Below, piece after piece: positions 7,776 to 17,625 of a stretch of 64,000 nt of DNA. A model generated the notes under the pieces. The model saw only the letters and a program-made list of their open reading frames with translations, had not been told where the DNA came from and did not search any database. The position numbers and the translations under genes are program-made. Position 1 is the first letter of the stretch. Each line of letters starts with the position of its first letter. Source of the DNA: Candidatus Saccharimonadota bacterium (lineage in GTDB: Bacteria > Patescibacteriota > Saccharimonadia > Saccharimonadales > UBA4665); assembly GCA_014377525.1 (NCBI GenBank), contig JACMPL010000028.1:4492-68491 (forward strand), read 5' to 3'.

Positions 7776-10163
7776 CTAGGAAGCCGCCAGATCAGCCGCT
7801 GTAAAGGCCAGGACACTACCAGGCTGAGATTCACCCGACAACACTCGTTTGGCAACGATGCTCTCGACTGTTCGCTGTACGACCCGTCGTAATGGCCGTG
7901 CACCCAGTCGTGGGTCATAGCCCTGGTCGACCAACCACCGCTTAGCATCCAAGCTAAGTTCAATGGTTAACTTCTGATTAGCCAGCGTTTTGTTCATCCC
8001 CTTTATTATTAGATCGACGACAAGCAATAATTCGTCCTTAGTGAGCGGTCGGAACAAAATAATCTCATCGAACCGGTTAAGGAACTCTGGTTTAAATTGC
8101 TGACTTTCTATAAGCTCGTTGATGAACGCCTCTTCGAACTGCTCGATCTGCTCGCCATTATCAATGTGAGCGCGAATGTTATCTGCTCCAGCATTACTGG
8201 TTGCGATGATGATCGTTTCACGGAAGTTAATCTCACGGTTATTGACGTCCCGCAGTATACCTTCGTCCAATAATTGCAATAAGGCATTCAGGACGTTTGG
8301 ATGGGCCTTTTCTATTTCGTCGAGCAGTATAATGCTAAACGGCTGCTTAGCCACCATCGCACACAGGCTTTGCGAATTTGTAACAGCCGATTCGAGTAAG
8401 CGACTAACGTCGTTAGCCGAGCTGTACTCGTTGAGATCGATTCGAATCAAATTTTCATCACCGCCGTAATAGACTTCGGCCAAACATTTGCTGAGCTCAG
8501 TCTTGCCAACTCCCGTCGGACCAAGGAATAGAAAAGTTCCAACCGGGCGCTGCACATTGCGCACACCAGCTCGAGCCCGACGGAGAGCATCGGCCACCCT
8601 GTTTACTGCCCGAGTTTGGTTGATCATACGCTCGTGAATGGAAGCTTCTAAATTAAGCAACGTATCGCGCTCACCAGTTTGATTGACCGATCTAACTTTT
8701 ACGCCATAACGTTGCTCAATTGCCTGCTGAATTGTTTGCTCTGTTACCTGTCCACCTTCAGCAAGGACGGCGGCGGCCTCTAGCAAATCGATCGCTTTTC
8801 CGGGTAATGCCTGATCGCTAATAAATCGTTCCGATAAATTGTAAGCTTCGATAAGAGCGCGGTAGGTGTACGTCACATTGTGACGATATTCAAATGTTAC
8901 TGTTTGGTCCTCCATGACGTCCATCGTATCTGCCCGGTTTAACGGTTCGATATTAGATCGGTTTAGTAGCTGCGTCAGGGCAGGATTTGTCTGATTGATT
9001 TGCTGCCACCAGCTTTCATTCATCGTTAGCACGAGCCGGAGTCTACCGCCTTGCAATATGGGTTGGAGAATGTTCGAAAGATTGACAGAGCCAGTCCCAT
9101 CGGCCAAAAACAAATGGGCATCGTCGAGGAATAAAATAATATTCTTTGCCCGAATCGCTTCATTAAATATTTGAATGAGCATGTGCTCAAGTTCACCTCG
9201 ACCGCCACTCCGAGCCAGCAAACTTGACGCGTCCAGCCCAACGATTTGGTGAAAGCGAATGTTCGACAATAGCTGTCGATTGGCTAGTAGCTGCTCGGCT
9301 AGGGCGTAGACAACGGTAGTGCGACCAGAACCAGTTTCACCAACCAGTGCGATATTTTGCCGGCCAGCCGAAGAAAGCAAATGTGCCGTGTGCTGAATCG
9401 TATCGCGGCGCACTTCAGGCTGGCGAAACAGTAACCCACTCTGCTCGATTTCGGCGGTGATGTTATGACCCATTTGGCTTAAAATTGGAGTATAGCCAAA
9501 AGAAAGATCGCGGCCAATACCACCGTAATGTGATTTTTGAAGCATTCTTTGGCGAGTTTTTTGCTCGTTGGCATACCACAAATAACCTTCTTGGATGTCT
9601 TTTCTATCTAGACCGACGCTGGCCAGCAATTGATCAATATCAGGCGTAGCCAAGATAGCCGCTGCCGTAATGGCCGCCGAATCAAGCTGACTGGCGCTTC
9701 CCGTACTGGCTATTTGCAGTGTAGCTTGGAAAATCGGCGTCGCACTACTAGCTACGTCGGAGGCATAGTTTATGAGCGACCCGATGGGTACCTGGAAACG
9801 AACGGCATAAAATCGACCACCGGGGGAATCAGAAAGTGCTTCGACTAACGATTTTGCCGAGAGATCTTGACTACTTAGCTTCGCTAATAGATCTGGTTCT
9901 AGCAGATTAAAAATATCCGTATCATTTTGCAGATTCGTAGTTGGAATTAGTTCGAACAATTCGCCTTTGTACCATTGCCTGAGCATTAGCGCTGGCGCTG
10001 CGATAACTAATACTAGGTACAGCAGCGGCATGCTAAACAGAGCGGCGGCGATACCAGCGAGCAGGCCAAGCAGCGTCAGCAATCGAAGCGAAACTTGCAC
10101 GTAGCTCGGCATCAAACGACGACGGAGCCGGGCTTTTGATTGACGAATACTTATAGCAGCCAT
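7776..10163 (-). CDS. Membrane-anchored Clp/Hsp100-family double AAA+ protein with a degenerate D1 and no pore-loop Tyr
   Basis: There are two N-terminal hydrophobic helices. D1 has GETGSGRTT (Walker A Lys to Arg) and IILFLDDAH (Walker B DE to DD). D2 is canonical (GPTGVGKTE, IILLDEIEKAH, ATSNAG, FLNRFDEII, GARPLRR). The family KYRGEFE and GYVGY pore-loop blocks read SGGRGELE and ESAVTNSQS here. Confidence 0.8.
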   Translation of the reverse strand: MAAISIRQSKARLRRRLMPSYVQVSLRLLTLLGLLAGIAAALFSMPLLYLVLVIAAPALMLRQWYKGELFELIPTTNLQNDTDIFNLLEPDLLAKLSSQDLSAKSLVEALSDSPGGRFYAVRFQVPIGSLINYASDVASSATPIFQATLQIASTGSASQLDSAAITAAAILATPDIDQLLASVGLDRKDIQEGYLWYANEQKTRQRMLQKSHYGGIGRDLSFGYTPILSQMGHNITAEIEQSGLLFRQPEVRRDTIQHTAHLLSSAGRQNIALVGETGSGRTTVVYALAEQLLANRQLLSNIRFHQIVGLDASSLLARSGGRGELEHMLIQIFNEAIRAKNIILFLDDAHLFLADGTGSVNLSNILQPILQGGRLRLVLTMNESWWQQINQTNPALTQLLNRSNIEPLNRADTMDVMEDQTVTFEYRHNVTYTYRALIEAYNLSERFISDQALPGKAIDLLEAAAVLAEGGQVTEQTIQQAIEQRYGVKVRSVNQTGERDTLLNLEASIHERMINQTRAVNRVADALRRARAGVRNVQRPVGTFLFLGPTGVGKTELSKCLAEVYYGGDENLIRIDLNEYSSANDVSRLLESAVTNSQSLCAMVAKQPFSIILLDEIEKAHPNVLNALLQLLDEGILRDVNNREINFRETIIIATSNAGADNIRAHIDNGEQIEQFEEAFINELIESQQFKPEFLNRFDEIILFRPLTKDELLLVVDLIIKGMNKTLANQKLTIELSLDAKRWLVDQGYDPRLGARPLRRVVQRTVESIVAKRVLSGESQPGSVLAFTAADLAAS

Positions 10164-10164
10164 G

Positions 10165-10542
10165 CTAGGACGTCACCTGACTAATATAAAGTGCAATCGC
10201 CAGTAACGGCACGAGCGGGACGACCGGCCAAAGGACTGCGCTCAGCACAAACAGTACTAACTCGCCGATGGCCAAAATGCCAGCAACGATAATTAACGTC
10301 GTTCGGTAAACGAAGCCAATGCCACTTGAAACGAGCGAATCAAGCAATCGATTCATGAGGTTTGACATATTTTTTTGCCCACCATCCGACACCAACGTCT
10401 GCCGGTACGGTGCGAATAAAGTACGCAGTAATGCATCAACCGAAAAATACTCAAAAAGTATCCGGAGTGACTGGCGGTGACTTTGGAGACGCCAGCTCCA
10501 GCCGCTGCCGTACCACCAACGAAGGCAGTTAAAGATAAGCAT
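10165..10542 (-). CDS. Small polytopic membrane protein, translationally coupled to the AAA+ gene
   Basis: The protein is 125 aa with an N-terminus of WWYGSGWSWRL and hydrophobic C-terminal helices. Its stop TAG is 1 nt from the ATG of the AAA+ gene. I did not recognise a family. Confidence 0.5.
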   Translation of the reverse strand: MLIFNCLRWWYGSGWSWRLQSHRQSLRILFEYFSVDALLRTLFAPYRQTLVSDGGQKNMSNLMNRLLDSLVSSGIGFVYRTTLIIVAGILAIGELVLFVLSAVLWPVVPLVPLLAIALYISQVTS

Positions 10543-10687
10543 AATGCTATCAGTGTACCAAATAGCGTGGCGTTGCGGTAACTTAGTGTTAAATCGGAGA
10601 AACCAGCCGCTAAATTTTGGTGATAATTTATATTAACCACATTATAATTAAGCTTAAATCATCAATGTATAAAGATAGAGTAGCACT

Positions 10688-11554
10688 ATGAGTAAACCAG
10701 ACGGCTTACAGACACGAATTTTCCTCGATAGTGGCGACCCGGCCGAAACCAAAGAAATTATTAGTTTGCTAGGGTTTTTAGATGGCCAAACCACCGATCC
10801 AACGCTTGTTGCCAAGAACCCGTATGCTCAGGCCAGATTTGCCAGTGGCGATAAGTTTTCGAAAACGGAGATTTTTGATTTCTACAAACAAGTCGTCACT
10901 GACATTTCAAGTCTTGTACCTGGTGGATCGGTGTCGATCGAGGTCTACGGCGACGCCGAAACCACTGCCGACGATATGTTTGCCCAAGGTCAGGATATAT
11001 TTACCTGGATTCCGAATGCTCATGTCAAATATCCGATTATTGCCGCTGGTCTGGCCGCCGCCGAACAAAGTATCGCCGCCAATATGCGGGTCAACATGAC
11101 GCTGTGCTTTAGCCAACAACAAGCTGTGGCCGTCTACGCCGCCACCCGCGGAGCAAAGCCAGGTCAAGTATTTGTATCACCGTTCATCGGTCGGCTAGAT
11201 GATATTGGTCTGGACGGCATGTCGTTCATCGCTAATGTCCTGGCTATGTACCGCGCCAGCGACCATCATTCTCAGGTGCTATCGGCTAGTGCCCTAACGA
11301 TGGAACATTTCATGCAATGCCTTGCTCTAACATTCGATTTGATTACGGCTCCCTAAGGTGTTTTAAAAGCCTGGGGCGAAGCCGGTATGCCTTTACCGGA
11401 CGATATATTTACCTATGAAACGAAAAATTTAAAAAACATTCCGTACGAGGCCGTTGGCCTGGAAGGAGCTTGGGATTCATATGACATCCAACACGAGTTA
11501 ACGGACAAAGGTCTAGTTAAATTTGCCGCCGATTGGAATTCTCTCATCGCCTAA
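10688..11554 (+). pseudogene. tal: Transaldolase (short Tal/FSA type) interrupted by one in-frame TAA at 11354-11356
   Basis: The N-terminal 222 aa carry family blocks (FLDSGD, GQTTDPTLV, HVKYPI, VSPFIGRLDD). After the TAA the same frame stays open for 65 more codons and ends in HELTDKGLVKFAADWNSLIA, the conserved family C-terminus. Confidence 0.75.
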
Positions 11555-11699
11555 GTGTGGAGCCTGATTTCGTACAGTGATCATCATATAATAAGCAGAT
11601 AATATAGTAATCAAGTGGACACAGAGGTTATTAGAAAAGGCTTGTAACCTCAAACTGCTGGACACGTGTAGTAATATATTGTGACCATTAGGAGGTCCT

Positions 11700-12011
11700 A
11701 TGCCAGAGCCTAAATCGAGATTAGCACATATATTTACCAGCGTTAAGTTAAAAGTAATAGCTAAGCTGATAGAACCTAAAAAATACGTCAAATATCTTGG
11801 CAACGGCGAAGAAAGAGTGCGATACGACCGATATATGCACAATTGGTTGCTCATTGATGCTGCGGCATTACTGCTGCTGTGGATAGTTGTCGCTATTAAC
11901 GGCGCAACCAGTACCAGTAACCTATTGTTAGTGCTGGCCGTTGGAACACTCCTCTGTGCTATGCCTTATACGTTAAGACAATTTAATTCTAGGCGTCGCC
12001 ATTTGCGTTAG
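11700..12011 (+). CDS. Small membrane protein (hypothetical)
   Basis: A strong AGGAGG lies 6 nt upstream of the ATG, and there are two hydrophobic helices in the C-terminal half. I did not recognise a family. Confidence 0.5.
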   Translation: MPEPKSRLAHIFTSVKLKVIAKLIEPKKYVKYLGNGEERVRYDRYMHNWLLIDAAALLLLWIVVAINGATSTSNLLLVLAVGTLLCAMPYTLRQFNSRRRHLR

Positions 12012-12072
12012 TGACGTAGGTACTTACACATGTACTCTTCTGTAAGTGTATAACCATAGGGAGGACGATAAA

Positions 12073-12555
12073 GTGATACCATTTGACGACGATAGCAAGC
12101 TTTCAGTTTACGTGCCTAGCCCTAAGCCCGCCAAGCTCGTGGCTAAAATAGACCGGGCTGAGGAGATAGATCGGGTACTAAAATCATTGGGGGCTGACAG
12201 GTACGATTTACTCTTGCCCGAAACGCATACGTTAGCATCTATTCTCCACCCTGACGAACAAATTATTGGCATTGTCTACGGTAAGTACCGGATACAGAAC
12301 AACCCACAGTCCGGACGCGGCGCGCTGGTTGCCACCAGCAACCGAGTACTATTAATCGACAAGAAGCCACTGTTCGAGAAAATCGATGAAATGACCTATC
12401 AAGTTATCAGCGGTGTAACTTACAGCAAAGTTAGCATCGCCGGAACCGTTACTCTACACTCTCGTGTTGGTGACATTGCCATTCGAACGCTAAACCATAA
12501 ATGTGCCAGATCCTTTTTAGAGGCAATTGAAGCGAGAGTGCTCAAAAATACGTAA
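12073..12555 (+). CDS. Bacterial PH-like (bPH/YokE-type) domain protein
   Basis: The pattern GIVYGKY..GRGALVATSNRVLLIDKKP...ISGVTYSKVSIAGTVTLHS is typical of bacterial PH domains. The start is placed at GTG 12073, which has GGGAGG upstream. Confidence 0.5.
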   Translation: MIPFDDDSKLSVYVPSPKPAKLVAKIDRAEEIDRVLKSLGADRYDLLLPETHTLASILHPDEQIIGIVYGKYRIQNNPQSGRGALVATSNRVLLIDKKPLFEKIDEMTYQVISGVTYSKVSIAGTVTLHSRVGDIAIRTLNHKCARSFLEAIEARVLKNT

Positions 12556-12762
12556 TAGCGTACAGAAGATTAAACTGAAGCAATGGAGTATTTCCATATG
12601 GTTCGAGTACTATCAGTGTTGATGATTTAGCAAGGGCCAAAAAAATATACCTAAACTTCAAGGTTGCTTCTCAAAAGCGAGACGGTGGGACTCAGCTATA
12701 GCTACCGGGTGGTAGGAAATTGTTCATATACCAGAAAACCGATCACTAGCCCTAATTTTACT

Positions 12763-12962
12763 ATGCTCAATTTTATCGTCAGTAATATAGACGTAGCAGA
12801 CGCTGAACTAGCGAGTCGGAGCGTAATTTTTGAGTGCCATGCTATACGTACCCGCAAGATGCATTAGGTATTCTAAATGGCCTTGCGACGAATCATAGTC
12901 CCAACATCGCTTGGTTTAGCGACCCGGCTGGTAATGTTCTCGCCGTGCTGCAAGAAAGTTAA
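12763..12962 (+). pseudogene. Possible remnant of a glyoxalase/VOC-family gene
   Basis: One frame gives MLNFIVSNIDVADAELASRSVIFE (a VOC beta1/alpha1-like start). Another frame ends in ..IAWFSDPAGNVLAVLQES-stop (the VOC C-terminal FxDPxGNxxxL pattern). Together they cover about 65 codons against about 120 expected, so the call is tentative. Confidence 0.3.
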
Positions 12963-12964
12963 GG

Positions 12965-14125
12965 CTACGTACCGAGAGCTGCCCGGACTGCATAGAACGC
13001 TGGCTTTGGATCGTAATTGTCGTGAAGCAGTAACGGATTAGCGTCATGAATCCCAAGCCCGTTATACCAACTCTGCCGATCAATCAAACCAAGATACCCA
13101 AAGTTTGGGCAAACATCGGGTCCAACTGCCAAACAGGCACCCAACATGTCACGGTAGATAGTAGCTTGGCGAGTCTCTTTATCCTTGGCGCTTGCCTGGA
13201 CATCATGCATATTGACGTCAAACTCAGTGACATACACTTTGATTCCGAGGGCTGCAAAACGCTGCATATTCGAGATCACCTTTGCTTTATCGGGAATGTT
13301 CGTACCGCTAATGTGCATCTGCATACCGACTGCATCGATCGGCACGCCGCGGCTCTTGGCATCTTTTATATAGTCGTACATTAGATTTGATATTTGTCCT
13401 TCGGTTTCATTGCCGAAGTCATTTAAAATCAACACGGCATTAGGGTCGGCTGCTCTAGCCCAAATAAATGATTTATCAATATACTCATAGTTGAGTTTTT
13501 CGCCCCACCAATCGTGATTACCGCCCGTCAATAATTTACGACTAAAGGCTTCGTTAACAACCGAATACTCGCGGACTTTCCCTTTATATCGAGCACCGAC
13601 GGTCGCGATATGGTTCTGTAATATAGCAAGCAATTCATCGTGGCTAAAATTTCCTTGCGTCAACCAATCCGGTAGCCATTTAGGATCGCCCCATACCAAA
13701 TGTTGCACCCGAACGGGCATATCATGCTGATTCGCAAAGGTAAACACTTTGTCAAAATTAGTAAAATCAAAAGTACTCTTGGTTGGGCGCAAAGTTGAAT
13801 CTTCGAAACGCCAATTCGGTTCGCCGTCGATAGTGGCGTAATTAAATTGCGACGCCAAAATATCACGATATGGACGCTCTCGTAAATATTTGAGTGAGGC
13901 GAACGAACCGATTTGAATGCCTCTCTGCTCAGCTAATTTTTTAAGCGGCGGATCGGGTAGGGCTGGTGGCGCCATAGTAGTATACGGATCAGGATTATGA
14001 ATAATCCGGTAAGTCACTATACATGTGACTAACCCAAGCGTGATCACAACAAATACTATTAATAGAACGAGCTGTTTTGATGCAGACTTGCTGTTATGTC
14101 TGTCACTTTTCAATAGTTTTACCAT
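12965..14125 (-). CDS. Glycoside hydrolase family 10 (endo-1,4-beta-xylanase-like), N-terminally membrane-anchored
   Basis: GH10 blocks are present: VRVQHLVWG, YSVVNEAF (acid/base Glu) and KVYVTEFDV (nucleophile Glu). There is one N-terminal hydrophobic helix. Confidence 0.8.
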   Translation of the reverse strand: MVKLLKSDRHNSKSASKQLVLLIVFVVITLGLVTCIVTYRIIHNPDPYTTMAPPALPDPPLKKLAEQRGIQIGSFASLKYLRERPYRDILASQFNYATIDGEPNWRFEDSTLRPTKSTFDFTNFDKVFTFANQHDMPVRVQHLVWGDPKWLPDWLTQGNFSHDELLAILQNHIATVGARYKGKVREYSVVNEAFSRKLLTGGNHDWWGEKLNYEYIDKSFIWARAADPNAVLILNDFGNETEGQISNLMYDYIKDAKSRGVPIDAVGMQMHISGTNIPDKAKVISNMQRFAALGIKVYVTEFDVNMHDVQASAKDKETRQATIYRDMLGACLAVGPDVCPNFGYLGLIDRQSWYNGLGIHDANPLLLHDNYDPKPAFYAVRAALGT

Positions 14126-14327
14126 GCGGTCAGTATATCATCAACTTCGGAGAACAATTTAGTGAACTTACACAGCTTGTGTCATAAATTACTGAGCTGT
14201 AAATAACTACGCTGTAACCACAAAAAATCGACTTTGGTAGCTATTATGGTAAGCTAAACGTGTAATCTTATAACCTCTAGCGTTACACATATACGCCTAC
14301 TATGAAAATTAATACACCCTCCAATAC

Positions 14328-15695
14328 ATGAAAAGAACTATTGTAGAAAAACTAATCGATGCGCCAGCCGAGGCTTTGCAACTCGGTGTTGATGGTAGTC
14401 AAAAATTCGTCAAAACACTGCCTTATAACGGTAAAAATCCCATCAGAAGTGCCAAGAATTTTTGGTATCTGCTAGGGCCCGGATTAACGACGGGCGCATC
14501 GGATGATGACCCTTCCGGTATCGCAACTTACTCCCAGGCCGGAGCTCAGTACGGTTTTGGCTTGATTTGGTTATCGGTTTTTACGTTTCCACTAATGGCA
14601 ATCGTTCAGGAGATGTGCGCTCGGATTGGACTAGTAACCGGCCGCGGTTTAGCCGGAAATATTCGCATTCACTTTCCTAAATCAATCCTATACTTCAGTA
14701 CCCTGCTACTTTTTGCCGCTAACTCTTTTAACATCGGTGCCGACATTGGTGCAATGGCAGCGGCGGCCCAGTTATTGGCTCCTCAAATTCACACCTCATT
14801 GCTCGTTATTGGTTTTACCATTGTCATTTTATTGCTGCAGATTTTTACCCCCTACGTCCGCTACGCTCGTTATTTGAAATATCTAGCTTTGGTACTTTTA
14901 GCCTACGTCGTATCGGCAATACTATCTCATCCGCATTGGGGAACCGTTCTTAAATATACCGTCATACCGCACATAACGTTTAGTAAGGACCAGTTACTCC
15001 TTATCTGCGCGATTCTTGGTACCACGATTTCACCATATCTTTTTTTCTGGCAAACATCGCAAGAAGTCGAAGAAGAAATTGCAATCGGCCAGACAACTAT
15101 TAAACAACGAATGGGCACCGACGCCGCTTCGGTTAAAAAGATGCGCATCGATGTCTGGTTCGGCATGTTTCTCTCAAACTTAGTCATGTTCTTTATAATT
15201 GCGGCTTGTGGTAGTGTTCTGTTTTCGCATGGCATCACTAATATCAGCACCGCCTCCCAAGCGGCGCAAGCCCTGCGTCCTTTTGCCGGAAATAGTACCT
15301 ACTTCTTGTTTGCGGCTGGCGTAATCGGTATGGGGTTATTAGCGATTCCGGTTCTAGCAGGTTCGAGTTCATACGCTATCAGTGAAGCTCTTGGCAGACG
15401 GCAAGGGCTCAACAGCAAACTTAAGAATGCCTCGACATTTTATGGCGTTATCATAATTTCTATGCTTGCCGGGCTCGGCTTAAATTTTATCGGGCTCAAC
15501 CCGATCAAAGCATTGATCTACTCGGCTGTCGCGAACGGAATCGTGGCACCAGTCGTCCTGACACTAATCTTACTGCTCGCCAACAACAAACGCATTATGG
15601 GAGAATGGGTTAATGGTAAGTACGTTAAAACGGTAGGGTGGGCTGTTGTCGTGATTATGACAATTGCTGGTATTGCAGCCATAAGCTCTATATAG
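14328..15695 (+). CDS. NRAMP/SLC11-family cation transporter with a non-canonical metal site
   Basis: TM1 reads GASDDDPSGIATY where the family has DPGN. TM6 reads GTTISPYLFF where the family has A..MPH. The protein has about 11 TM segments. Confidence 0.8.
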   Translation: MKRTIVEKLIDAPAEALQLGVDGSQKFVKTLPYNGKNPIRSAKNFWYLLGPGLTTGASDDDPSGIATYSQAGAQYGFGLIWLSVFTFPLMAIVQEMCARIGLVTGRGLAGNIRIHFPKSILYFSTLLLFAANSFNIGADIGAMAAAAQLLAPQIHTSLLVIGFTIVILLLQIFTPYVRYARYLKYLALVLLAYVVSAILSHPHWGTVLKYTVIPHITFSKDQLLLICAILGTTISPYLFFWQTSQEVEEEIAIGQTTIKQRMGTDAASVKKMRIDVWFGMFLSNLVMFFIIAACGSVLFSHGITNISTASQAAQALRPFAGNSTYFLFAAGVIGMGLLAIPVLAGSSSYAISEALGRRQGLNSKLKNASTFYGVIIISMLAGLGLNFIGLNPIKALIYSAVANGIVAPVVLTLILLLANNKRIMGEWVNGKYVKTVGWAVVVIMTIAGIAAISSI

Positions 15696-15726
15696 TTACT
15701 TCCCCTATGAAGAATTCCTTATTTCC

Positions 15727-17625
15727 ATGAAAAAACTATTTGCGCAACGAAAGACAAACGCGTTATTGTCACTCGGCGCGCTCGGTATAGTGTTTGGAGA
15801 TATTGGTACCAGCCCTTTGTACTGCTTTAGTGTTATATTCGGTAACGGTGGTGACAATATAGCTGCCAATAAAACTAACATTTACGGTGTCATATCATTA
15901 GTTATTTGGTCGATTCTACTTGTAGTTACTATTAAATTTATTGCATTTATAATGCGGGCTGGTAATGCGGGCGAAGGCGGTATCATGGCGTTACTTGCTC
16001 AGATAAGAAACGGTAAGGTACGCTCTCGCTATTCAAAAATCCTCTTATTGATAGGCCTAATCGGTGTGGGACTGTTCTACGGTGATAGCGTAATTACTCC
16101 GGCAGTCTCCGTACTATCAGCAGTCGAAGGCTTAAAAGTAGTTGCCCCGCATGCAGCACTTATCGTAGTGCCACTCACCCTACTCATAATTACAGCCCTC
16201 TTCACAATCCAACATTTTGGCACATCCGTAGTCGGCAGACTATTTGGTCCGATTATGCTAGTGTGGTTTACCGCGATTGGTACTTGTGGGCTCTGGCGAG
16301 TTTGGCAACAACCAAGTGTACTTACGACACTCTCGCCAACCACTGCAATTTCGTTTTTTATATATCATCCACTGCTAGCATTTATTGCTATGGGCGCGGT
16401 CGTCCTAGCAATTACAGGAGCCGAGGCATTGTATGCGGATATGGGGCATTTCGGGCGTACACCAATAGCTAAAGCATGGTATTTTATCGTATTCCCTTCG
16501 TTGATACTGTGCTACATGGGAGAGGGAGCACTATTGGTAGGTGACCCATCGGTTGCTGCAAATCCCTTAGTATTAATGTTTCCCGCTACTTTACGCATAC
16601 CGTTCGTCATACTTGCGACGTTTGCGACTGTTGTTGCATCGCAATCGGTAATTTCTGGTGCTTTCTCACTTACTAAACAAGCAGTTCAGCTCAACTATTT
16701 ACCCAAAATGCTCATTAAACATACTTCAGCAAAATTAGGTGGACAAGTATATCTACCCTTCGTTAACGCTGGACTATTTATCATTGTAAGCCTGCTAGTC
16801 ATACTGTTTGGTTCATCAGCTAAGCTTGCCAACGCCTATGGCTTATCAGTTAGCGGTACATTAGCTGCAGACAGTATCTTGTTCTTAGCTATCGTTGGCT
16901 ATATTTGGCACAAGCCAAAACGCTACATATTTGCCATTGCATTATTGTTTATGCCGATAGACATTTTATTTATTACATCAAGCTCGGCTAAAGTTTTACA
17001 CGGTGGATGGTTCCCAATAGTTATTGGATCATTAATACTTTGTATTATAACTACCTGGCGCAAAGGTGAGCAAATAACTACCGTGGAGCGCAAATCTATC
17101 GAAGGATTATTACGTAATTTCATAGGCAAAATACACTCTCAACAACCTCCGATTGGAAGAATTCCTGGCACAGCAATATATATCGGACATCATGCTAAAT
17201 TTACACCATTAGCGCTGCATGCAGCTGTTGCTGAATCACATGAATTACATGAAAAAGTAGTGATAGTGTCAGTGCAAGTTAGCGAAGCGGCTCATATTCC
17301 ACTAGAAAAGCGAGCCGTTTACGATGAGTTAGATTATCTTGATGGCATTGCCCATGTTAGCCTAACATTTGGGTTTCATGATGTACTAGATGTACCAGCG
17401 GCGCTACAATCTATTCGCTACATTAGTCCGGAATTAGACTTTGATGTTGATACGGCTGCATATTTCGTATCAATGGCTCGAGTAGTGCAAAGCAAGCGTC
17501 ATAACATGCCTAACTGGCGTAAAAGTTTGTATTGTACGATGGCCAGGAATGCATTCAACACCACTGACTACTATAAATTACCACGCCGACGGACGACAGA
17601 AATGGCATCGATTCTTGAACTATAG
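15727..17625 (+). CDS. kup: KUP/HAK/KT potassium uptake transporter
   Basis: It has the N-terminal signature GALGIVFGDIGTSPLY, GEGGIMAL, 12 TM segments and a cytoplasmic C-terminal domain. Confidence 0.9.
   Translation: MKKLFAQRKTNALLSLGALGIVFGDIGTSPLYCFSVIFGNGGDNIAANKTNIYGVISLVIWSILLVVTIKFIAFIMRAGNAGEGGIMALLAQIRNGKVRSRYSKILLLIGLIGVGLFYGDSVITPAVSVLSAVEGLKVVAPHAALIVVPLTLLIITALFTIQHFGTSVVGRLFGPIMLVWFTAIGTCGLWRVWQQPSVLTTLSPTTAISFFIYHPLLAFIAMGAVVLAITGAEALYADMGHFGRTPIAKAWYFIVFPSLILCYMGEGALLVGDPSVAANPLVLMFPATLRIPFVILATFATVVASQSVISGAFSLTKQAVQLNYLPKMLIKHTSAKLGGQVYLPFVNAGLFIIVSLLVILFGSSAKLANAYGLSVSGTLAADSILFLAIVGYIWHKPKRYIFAIALLFMPIDILFITSSSAKVLHGGWFPIVIGSLILCIITTWRKGEQITTVERKSIEGLLRNFIGKIHSQQPPIGRIPGTAIYIGHHAKFTPLALHAAVAESHELHEKVVIVSVQVSEAAHIPLEKRAVYDELDYLDGIAHVSLTFGFHDVLDVPAALQSIRYISPELDFDVDTAAYFVSMARVVQSKRHNMPNWRKSLYCTMARNAFNTTDYYKLPRRRTTEMASILEL

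Noticed and set aside
11513-11854. A 113-aa minus-strand ORF.
   Set aside because: It is antisense to the conserved transaldolase tail and to the RBS-supported small membrane gene at 11700. Its composition is not protein-like.
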